Origin: an uncultured Collinsella sp.
GTDB taxonomy: Bacteria; Actinomycetota; Coriobacteriia; Coriobacteriales; Coriobacteriaceae
Direction: 5' to 3'
Assembly (NCBI GenBank): GCA_958349325.1
Contig: CATWCP010000003.1
Location: forward strand, 2,899-66,898
Length of the DNA stretch: 64,000 nucleotides
Shown here: positions 10,663 through 18,682 of the stretch, in pieces
Layout: each line of letters begins with the position of its first letter
Numbering within the stretch: the stretch's first letter is position 1
Made by a program: the position numbers and the translations under genes
Notes under the pieces: generated by a model
Databases searched by the model: none
What the model was told of the DNA's origin: nothing
The model's input: only the letters and a program-made list of their open reading frames with translations

Positions 10663-11007
10663 GGTACTCAACATTCCTTTCATTATTTTGAAAAGATATA
10701 TCAGAGTTTTTCTTTGATTATAGACTTTAAGTAGTCTAAATCAAGTGCTTGCCACACCAATGACAGCAGGCGCACGGTGCCAAACCGAGCATACTCGACC
10801 ATCCCATTGTCGGAATGGCGTTTAGCTAGCACGTCACACATTACATGCATGAAAAAAGGGCAACACTCTCTAACAGAAGGCGTCACCCTTAAAGCTCCCA
10901 AAGAGCTTTTGTATATTGCTATATAGAATATGCAACCGATTCGAGAGTGGTTCAAAAAGCTAACCGAAACAACCGTCACGTGACCCCCACAGAGGGTCAC
11001 CTAACAA

Positions 11008-11949
11008 TTACCCATAGGCGAGCTCCACTAACGCTGGCATAACGCCTCCGCTAGACACAGCCTTACCATAGCTCGCGTACTTAGCTAAAAGTGCATTGCA
11101 ATACTCCGGTTCAACCTGTTTACAAAAGCTCAAGTGGCCTAAAACGCGATGGGCGTGATTACGATCGCACTCGCGCATAAGCACCTGGTATAAGGAGCGC
11201 TTTAGCTCTGCTTTTCTTTGAGGCCCCAGTCGAAGGACGCCATCGCAGTCGAGATAGATGCCCGTGATTTTACGTAGGTGCCCTCGTCCAAAACAGCGAG
11301 TTTTGTCCTTATTCAGATTAAAACCCTTTTGCTTTAGGCGGTCATCGACAATAGCTAAAATCTCCGCAGAGTCTATCCATTCAGTTGATGAAATGCAGAT
11401 GTCGTCAGAGTATCGCGAGTAGACGAATCTTTCGCCTAGTCTAGCTGCAATCTCATGGTCAAACGAAGCCATTATACGATTGGCAATAAAGGGCGAACAC
11501 GGAGAACCCGTTGCAAGAGAACCCCGATAACATGATAAAGCTACGAGAAGATCGACATCGTCTGCAGTAAGACGCGAGCGAGGTTCAGCGTTTGTCGACC
11601 GATACGTTCCCCCTGAAAACAAATTCCTGACCATTTGCTGAGTGCAGGACTCAAAGAAATGGCAAATATCAAGCAGAAGAAAATGGCTGCTCTTAGCATG
11701 AAGCCCGGCATTACGGCAGACGCTTGAGCCCTTTTCGTAGGCTGTGGCGTAAGGAAGATCTATATCAAACTCAGTATTTATATAATCCGAAATCCAACAT
11801 TGGACGAGCTTCAAATCTGGCCGAGGCGCAACAATCTTTCTTCCACCGGCTAAAAAACTGTGGTACTTATCTGTCGTTGAGCTTACAAGGCCCAATAGCT
11901 GACAATTTGTCATTCCAAGGTCGAAGCAAATTCTATCCGCAATAGACAC
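11008..11949 (-). CDS. Retron-type reverse transcriptase
   Basis: RKIVAP, region X NAGLH, LLDICHFF, ATGSPCSP, catalytic YSRYSDD and region Y KITG; no maturase or endonuclease tail. GTG 11949 has GGAGG 8 nt upstream (the track starts the ORF at 11964). Confidence 0.9.
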   Translation of the reverse strand: MSIADRICFDLGMTNCQLLGLVSSTTDKYHSFLAGGRKIVAPRPDLKLVQCWISDYINTEFDIDLPYATAYEKGSSVCRNAGLHAKSSHFLLLDICHFFESCTQQMVRNLFSGGTYRSTNAEPRSRLTADDVDLLVALSCYRGSLATGSPCSPFIANRIMASFDHEIAARLGERFVYSRYSDDICISSTEWIDSAEILAIVDDRLKQKGFNLNKDKTRCFGRGHLRKITGIYLDCDGVLRLGPQRKAELKRSLYQVLMRECDRNHAHRVLGHLSFCKQVEPEYCNALLAKYASYGKAVSSGGVMPALVELAYG

Positions 11950-12766
11950 CGGCAACGCCTCCATACCCCATTGATCTCTTACGAAGGATTACCCGCGCCC
12001 TCATATTTAAGAAATCTCGGTCTTCGTATCTCTTAAACATGAAATAGGAATCAAGGTGTATCGTGCTTTTAATCAGATAATCCGGACCCCTATTGCATCT
12101 CACTTTAGAAACAAGACCGGTAGCTCTCATCATGCAGCAAACATCCGACCAAGATATCGGAACACCGGCATTGTTCATGTCTGCATTTAAAATGGGCGAG
12201 AATATTTTGAGCTTACTAGCACGGAAGCCTTTGGCCGCACAATATATCGTTCGTAAATCGGTCTCTGACATGGGGCCCAATATTTGGAGCAAATCAAGTA
12301 ACTCATGGACGAGCGAGCCCACGTTAATCTTGGACTCATCTCGATTGATCATCTTTCTAGCGGCCTTTAAGCCAGCCTTGCCCCGCTTAGTAGCATTAAC
12401 ACCAATAAGGGGTCTTAGTTCAGAAACAAAGCGGCACAAGTCAGGCGAAGACATCGGGTTATTTAAGTCTAAGTAAAAGACTTTGTTAAGCGAAGAGTCG
12501 CCCGTAGCTATTTCTTTCACTGGCCCATCAATCAAGAAGCTCCGAGAGCCCCTATATTGCTTTCCAACAGCAACAGAGGTAATCCAAGCAGCATGAGGCA
12601 AAGCGGAGAAAGCACCCAACTCGCAAAAAGATCCACAGCTCTCTGCAAAAATCAATATCCAGTCAGATATGTCGGCAAGCATGGCCTCTTGCTGAAGTAA
12701 ATTGAGTCTCGAACCGTCCATTTCCGCCGCTACGTCTTCGGCAGTAAGACAAAAAACGTTTTTTAA
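11933..12766 (-). pseudogene. 3' part of the retron NDT-like/HTH effector, interrupted by the IS1595-family element
   Basis: AEDV...LNLLQQEAMLA...ILIFAESCGSFCELGAFS...SFLIDGPV resembles the Ec86/St85-type effector motif ESPGSxxELGAF. Joins in frame to the 14252-14425 fragment once the IS is removed. Confidence 0.85.
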
Positions 12767-12923
12767 GGCTCTGTTAGACCATGATTGACATTCTGCCCCA
12801 ATCATCTTTTTGAAATTGCAAGATAATCGCCCCCTTGCCGGGTTTGAATCCGGCAAAGGGGCGATGTGCTCAAGATCTGTCGGGTCAATCGTGAGGGTCC
12901 CATCGCCCAAGTCGATTTGCCGA

Positions 12924-13121
12924 CTATCTTGCCGTCTTCCCGTCGGGCACCGGCGCCTTGACCCTCATCTCGAACGGCAACCCGCCCTTCCGGACGGGCG
13001 CCCTGAGGAACGCGTTGACGGCGGTGGACATGGACAGGCCGAGCTCGTCCAGGATGGCCGTGGCCTCCTTTTTGGCCTCCGGGTCGATCCGGATCGTCGT
13101 GGCCGGTATATTCGACGGCAT
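12924..13121 (-). CDS. RelB/DinJ-family antitoxin (orphan, IS passenger)
   Basis: TTIRIDPEAKKEATAILDELGLSMSTAVNAFLR...GGLPFE ribbon-helix-helix pattern; GAAAGGT RBS before ATG 13121. Confidence 0.85.
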   Translation of the reverse strand: MPSNIPATTIRIDPEAKKEATAILDELGLSMSTAVNAFLRAPVRKGGLPFEMRVKAPVPDGKTAR

Positions 13122-13167
13122 GGCTGCACCTTTCCTCGTATATCGCGATGCGACCATTCTACTGTCT

Positions 13168-14167
13168 CTATGCGGCGGCTTCGGTCCAGTAGTCCATTTA
13201 GGGCGGCAGGACGTTGAACATATCATGGATGCGGCTCCTGCACACGCCGTTGGCGAGCTGTCGCGCGACCGTGCGCTCGGCGGTGCCGGAATCGGTCGCC
13301 ATGAAGGTCCGGCACCACTTGAACCAAGCGAGGTAGGTGCCGAGGTGCTTCGTCGACACGCCCTTAAACGGCTTCATGAAGGTATCGAGGAGCGAATGGA
13401 CGGTGTTGATCCGGTTGATGGTCCCCTCGGAAGGGTCCTTGGAATCGTAGGCCGTGTGTGCGTCGACCTCGAGCTCCGCGAGGACGTCGACATAGGCGGA
13501 CGCCTTGTCCGTCGCTACGACGGAAGCGGACGCGATGCGGTCCCTCAGCACGTCCATGGCGCGTTTCCTCGACAGGATGCCTCGTCCCGAGACCTGGAGA
13601 AACGTCTCGTTCGAGTCGTTCACGCCGGTCATGACGCAGATCTGCTCGCGCGACAGTCCGCGCCTGTGCACCTGCTTGCCACGATGTCGGGAGTGACGTG
13701 GCATCGTAAATGACCCCTTCGTGTGGTTGCCCTTGAACGACTCGGGGAAGTAGGTCTCGTCGAGCTCGCAGCCGCAGCCCCGCCCGGTCTTGAACGAGGG
13801 CGAGTAGGCCGAGAGACACTCGATGAGCCTGTGGCGCATGGTGTAGGCGGTCTTGAGGCAGACATGGCAGCGCCCCGCGCATTCGCGCAGGGGCAGCATG
13901 AGAACGAAGCACTCGGCATTGGCCATCCAGGTCTCCTTCGGGAGCCTGCTCGTCCCCAGGATGTGCCCGCTGCCCATGCCGAAGGTCCTGCCGCAATCCT
14001 GGCAGAGGTAACGCTGCTCGCCGTTCTTTGATTTGCCCTTCTTCACGACCGCGGCGGACCCGCAGCGCGGGGAGCGCTCGGCCTCGTAGGCGGAGCCGGC
14101 GGCGTTCGGTCCTGCTGAGGCTCGCGATGTCCCTCTTGAAGGTGATTACCAGGTCCTCGGCGTTCAT
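13168..14167 (-). pseudogene. IS1595-family transposase, frameshifted with a probable nonsense codon
   Basis: Zn-ribbon RYLCQDCGRTF, ELDETYF, VATDKASAY and FKGVSTKHL motifs. The N-terminus (ATG 14167) is in another frame with a shift near 14100; TAA at 13198 is followed by a short in-frame tail ending at TAG 13168. Confidence 0.85.
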
Positions 14168-14251
14168 GCTGCCCCGCGGTCTACGAGGCTAACGATATGG
14201 CGCCGTGATGACATATGTATGTCAATCTTGGTCTAACAGAGCCTTTTTTAA

Positions 14252-14425
14252 AGCCTTGGTGTGATTGTTGGACACATAAGCTCTAAAGAAACGTCGAGAG
14301 GAATACAGGCTCTGGTCACCGCCGCAGGGAAAGATAAACAAGGGCAGTTTATTAACGTCACGATTAACCCTCAGATGATTTCTAAGAATATTCAAATCAG
14401 TTTTACTGATACAGTCGCAGAGCAT
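14252..14425 (-). pseudogene. 5' part of the retron effector
   Basis: MLCDCISK...LPLFIFPCGG...SRRFFRAYV...HTKA matches the IFLCGG N-terminal motif of NDT-like retron effectors; GAGGT shortly before the ATG. Confidence 0.85.
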
Positions 14426-14590
14426 TGCACCTCGATTCCAATAAGGACAAGGCCGCACAGTCCGTGCATATGGTCATTCCGTAGGCACGGTTTCGGGTCC
14501 GTGACTATGGAATGACCATATGCACGGACCCGAATTGGTAAAAACGTCTCAGTCCATCTTTAACAGAGGACTTGCTCCAATCGGGGCAAT
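14424..14590 (-). ncRNA. Retron msr-msd non-coding RNA
   Basis: Imperfect outer IRs at 14579-14590 and 14424-14437; short msr-like hairpin at 14551-14572; long msd-like hairpin at 14460-14529 (21 perfect bp plus 8/10 bp, 8-nt loop); lies directly upstream of effector-RT. Confidence 0.85.
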
Positions 14591-14865
14591 CAATGACTAG
14601 CTGCGACCTTGTCTCAAGTAACTTTACCATCAATATGTGTCTTAGGCTTGATATTGGCCGTCTTTAAATACCATGGCAGACATACGCACTCGCCCTTGAC
14701 TATATTTGTCGTCACCACAAATAGCGACAGTCCTAAACCAGACCCAAATCAAACATCAGCAGAGCCGCAACGTTGTACCAAGTTCCATCATCAAGTGAAC
14801 GTCACATTTATGCGCCCTGTCCACAAAAGCGATTTCAATATTTGCAAAAAGCGGAGTTAAATCCC

Positions 14866-16275
14866 CTAGCCAACAACTATCCAGTCACTACCGGCTGTAC
14901 TCGAAATCTTAGAGGAATCGCCAATGCACACGATGGTCGCCGAAGCGCCGGGCACATACTTGGCCTCAAGAACGGAAACACCTTGCTCCTTAAGCCTTGA
15001 GGTCGTCTCGGTTATCCGAGTTTTATTCACATCATTTTTGCTGACCAGTTTAGCGCCATTGGCATCATTTTCACTCAGGCAGGATACAACCGTATTGTAA
15101 TCGGCCCAATAACAGTACTCCCCAGAAAGCCATCCAAGCTCAGTGGCGCATATCGATCCAGTCGCAGAAACCGTCTTCGGAAGCAATCCGTAGCGCTGCC
15201 TTTCCTCAAATTCAAGAACATCGCAAAATACGCGATTAGCATTAAGTAATCTCGTTCCACAATAGTCCCCGTAAAACGGCGCAAAATGATTGCGGATAGT
15301 CCGCGACAACATACAGTAATCGTAGGTGTAGTAACACTTGAAGATTCGTAGGGCGTCTCCCCCTGCCCCTTCGGCAGAACGGGCGAATTCAACAAGAAAC
15401 TGATCCCACATGCGCTCAATATAGGGAATTGCGAGTTTAACGCTATCCATATCAGACAAAGGAGCATCGCTCGTCTGCTGCATTATTCCAGTGGTTTTTG
15501 CCAAATGGAAATGAGCTGCCATGCGCTCGATCGTTCGGATAAACTCGGGCCGATTCCCATCCTCAATCGCCATAATTGCAAAGAAAACACTTCTCAACAG
15601 AAGATCGCTTGAAAACCGCTGAGGCAAGAGATCACCATATTCGCGCTCGTATGCAAAGAGCCTGGCCTCGCCCGTATCAATTGAAGAGTAACCAAATACG
15701 GAGTCCGAAGGAACGACATATGATGGAAGGACATTTGAGTGCACACTAGTGCACTTAATTTGGTAACGTTTAAAAAGGGTGGAAATCCAAAAGGTCACAA
15801 CACCAAATAATGCCAACTCAAACTCAAAGGCAATACTCGAGGTATCAAGCACATCTAACCCCTGACCTCCGAGATAACCATCGATAACAAAGTGATCAAA
15901 TGCAACAGAAAGTAAAAGAGACATGAACGCTTCAAACAAGAAAGGAAGGGTTCGGTACCGCAATTTACCCCTTGCATGCTTAGTAACCCCAAGAAATAAC
16001 CAATAGAAAAGGGTGGGCATGCATCGCAGCGAAGGACCCGGAACTGAAAGTGCATCGCAAATCGCAGCAACAATAAACACCGGAAGCTGACAACAAATTG
16101 TTGGAGCGAAAATTCGGTAGGCAACGTTCAGTCTGCCCGACTCGTCGGTGGAATACAGTTCGTCGACGGTGTATTGCCCTCCAATCGCCAAGGGTCCAGC
16201 ATAGTGGACAAGCTGAACGCTCGACAAACCAATAAAGACGTAGAAGACAATCCAAAGTAATATGACCGACTCCAC
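14866..16275 (-). CDS. Hypothetical membrane protein with lysozyme/SLT-like motifs
   Basis: About 4-5 N-terminal TMs; soluble domain with AIMAIED...TTGIMQ; AT-rich coding sequence. Confidence 0.6.
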   Translation of the reverse strand: MESVILLWIVFYVFIGLSSVQLVHYAGPLAIGGQYTVDELYSTDESGRLNVAYRIFAPTICCQLPVFIVAAICDALSVPGPSLRCMPTLFYWLFLGVTKHARGKLRYRTLPFLFEAFMSLLLSVAFDHFVIDGYLGGQGLDVLDTSSIAFEFELALFGVVTFWISTLFKRYQIKCTSVHSNVLPSYVVPSDSVFGYSSIDTGEARLFAYEREYGDLLPQRFSSDLLLRSVFFAIMAIEDGNRPEFIRTIERMAAHFHLAKTTGIMQQTSDAPLSDMDSVKLAIPYIERMWDQFLVEFARSAEGAGGDALRIFKCYYTYDYCMLSRTIRNHFAPFYGDYCGTRLLNANRVFCDVLEFEERQRYGLLPKTVSATGSICATELGWLSGEYCYWADYNTVVSCLSENDANGAKLVSKNDVNKTRITETTSRLKEQGVSVLEAKYVPGASATIVCIGDSSKISSTAGSDWIVVG

Positions 16276-16511
16276 CTATACAACGATCTCCTTAAGTCAA
16301 ACGCGTGGGCTGCTTGTAGAAAGTCAAACATAAACAGGAAATAACAATACTAACCAACGGTATCGATTCCAACTTTACAGACCATAACCCCCTACGCAAT
16401 AAAATCTGTCACAGTGAGTAAATGAAATCCAGGGCGCTGGTACACATGGCCCTTCAGTTTAATCAGCCATGACCCCCCCTCTTAAGTTCTCAGAAGCGCT
16501 AATCTCTTTTT

Positions 16512-17957
16512 CTATAAAAAATCGGCGCAGAATCGACCCTGAGAATACTGGAATTTCACGTTTCCTGGAAACAATAAATCTTTCCATTCATCCCTGGAAA
16601 GCACCATACCGACCCATCCAGCAAGGTCGGTAGGTAGTAGACAGGCAGTTTCGCAACCATTCTCAGATATCAGAGCCACTGGGGCACCATCTTCGCCAAA
16701 CTTAACATCCATCACCTTATAGGTTCTGGGCTGATCGGTGATCCTAAGACGGGGGCGAAATAAGATTTTAGGATCGCTCAAATCGCCCGTATACAAAGGG
16801 TCATCGCTTAACACTTGAAAATGCTCCGAAAGACTCTGGCAGCAGAAGGTGTTGAATCTTTCCGCATTATTAGCGCTAAGCTCGCGGAGCTGAGCGGCGC
16901 TATCAAAATTATTGAAGTACTTTAGCAGCGCAATTAAAACGACAAGATCATCAGAGAAACCGCTTCCATAGACCTTGTACCAGCATTTATCATACTGAAT
17001 CAACACTCGATATAGCTTTTTGTATAGTTCGAGTCGATCATCATTTAGGTTGAACCACTCCGCATCAAAAAGGTTCTTTTTAATCTCATCTTCTCGCGAC
17101 CGATAGGTCAGTTCATCGCGAATAGCTTTCATGAGTTTTGCCACTATTCCAGCAAGCATGTCAGCCATTCTGACACCGAAGCACTCAGAAGAATCCGCTT
17201 CACGCACCCCATCAAAGCCAAGCCGTTCTGCAGCAGCTCTAGTATTCTCTTCTTGATCAATGATAAGCGTGCAGTTATCAATCTCATTATGCTCGCTCAG
17301 ATATAGTCCGAATCCCGCAAGAGGCGAATAGTATTCCCACTGATAATCATCCAGTGGCATCACGTGGTCCATAACTTCCAAAATCGATCTGAATTGATCC
17401 ATTTCGGTCCACTTAAGTTCGGGATTCGCTTTGTCATCTTCGATTCTATTTAGGAGAAAGTCCCGCAAAGCGTCTAATAAATCGTCGGGCGATTTATATA
17501 TCGATTCAACAACTTCATTAGGTCTATATTGAACTAACAGCTTTGCAAGAGAGTATTTCATTAGATCGGCATTAAAGCAGGGCTGGTTTTGATATTGACT
17601 GAACAGTCTATCAACAAGCAATTCGACCTTACTTGAGAAGGAACAATAGACATACATTTCTTCATCAAACAGGTCGAGATAATCACTGATCAAACGCGCG
17701 TTATATTGAGACAGAGATTTAAATCCATATTTGAACTGGCTCCTTTTAAGACAAGTGCTCTTTAACTCTTTAGCGTTTGGAGAAAGATACTTTTTCTCGA
17801 ATTCACAATACTGGGCAGCTAAATCGGACTCCCGTTGAGAATCCCACCCTACTATTGCAACAACAAATCCATCATAGAATTCATCGGCTTTGATGGTCTC
17901 GAGATTGAGTAAGCGGCTATGCTGGCTTTCGTCGTAGTAGAAATTGTAATCAGACAT
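16512..17957 (-). CDS. DUF3800 domain (RNase H-like) protein
   Basis: N-terminal FYYDES and DSSECFGVRMADMLAG motifs. Confidence 0.75.
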   Translation of the reverse strand: MSDYNFYYDESQHSRLLNLETIKADEFYDGFVVAIVGWDSQRESDLAAQYCEFEKKYLSPNAKELKSTCLKRSQFKYGFKSLSQYNARLISDYLDLFDEEMYVYCSFSSKVELLVDRLFSQYQNQPCFNADLMKYSLAKLLVQYRPNEVVESIYKSPDDLLDALRDFLLNRIEDDKANPELKWTEMDQFRSILEVMDHVMPLDDYQWEYYSPLAGFGLYLSEHNEIDNCTLIIDQEENTRAAAERLGFDGVREADSSECFGVRMADMLAGIVAKLMKAIRDELTYRSREDEIKKNLFDAEWFNLNDDRLELYKKLYRVLIQYDKCWYKVYGSGFSDDLVVLIALLKYFNNFDSAAQLRELSANNAERFNTFCCQSLSEHFQVLSDDPLYTGDLSDPKILFRPRLRITDQPRTYKVMDVKFGEDGAPVALISENGCETACLLPTDLAGWVGMVLSRDEWKDLLFPGNVKFQYSQGRFCADFL

Positions 17958-18057
17958 CCGTGATCAATCTCCGATCCATGAATGAACAGCGCAACGATAG
18001 CAAGCACAAACGTTCGTTGCATTTATTAATTGCCACCAATTATATTGTCTTAATTAA

Positions 18058-18498
18058 TTATGCAAACATAACATCCCAGAGAAGAGTACGACCCCTCTGG
18101 TATGCCTCTACGGATATGCTTGCCTACAGTACGACAGCTTCGCGCGCCTCGCCGACAGACACACCACCGACGACGGAAGCATCTACGCCCACGGTCCCAT
18201 CTCCTACGGCGTTCCCGGGCCAAAACTGATACGCGAGATCTTTGAGGGCATCCCGCACAATCTCGTTATCAAAACACCCAAGTACGCATATCAGAAGGAG
18301 TATCGAATCATCGGGTCGCGACCGGTCGAATGTCGCCTTTTACCAGACGAGAATCACCCGGGCTGCAAAATTGAAAAATACGACCACGCAGAACTTAACC
18401 TAAGCAGCAGCCTCGCGGACTTTTCCCGGAAGGTCTCGGTGGCGAGTCTCGAAGAAGCGCGAGACGGCCTCATGCTGGATTTGCCGCATCGGACATAG
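18058..18498 (+). pseudogene. Start-less ORF remnant (DUF2971-like motif)
   Basis: Open frame with no ATG, containing KTPKYAYQKEYRII and ending at TAG ~18498. Confidence 0.35.
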
Positions 18499-18682
18499 CC
18501 AACCCAACGCAAACCACAACGCCACCGGGCAACCAAGCACCCCTCCCCCTCCCCAACCTTCCCCAGAAAGTTCGCTGATGTTGACTGGGGTTCCCGTAAA
18601 ATAAACCGCAACAGAATATGTGCGGAGTGCTGGCCTGGAGCTGCCTTCGAACCCAATTGGCTGCTCACCGAGAGGCTCCGCT

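Larger units (their letters stand above)
12767..14243 (-). mobile_element. IS1595-family element with passenger gene (decayed)
   Basis: Terminal IRs GGCTCTGTTAGACCA(T/A)GATTGACA at 12767-12790 and 14220-14243; 8-bp TSD TTTTTTAA at 12759-12766 and 14244-14251; contains a DDE transposase. Confidence 0.92.

Noticed and set aside
10701..11000. 99-aa ORF or retron ncRNA between the RT and the ATPase
   Set aside because: No motif, RBS or long hairpin; a much better ncRNA candidate lies at 14424-14590.
11008..11964. RT as group II intron, DGR or CRISPR-associated RT
   Set aside because: It is short with no maturase domain, I saw no template/variable repeat pair or cas1, and retron X/Y motifs, an effector and an ncRNA are present.
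14222..14458. Independent 78-aa ORF as listed in the track
   Set aside because: It is the effector 5' fragment running into the IS IR, and its extra upstream codons lie within the ncRNA.
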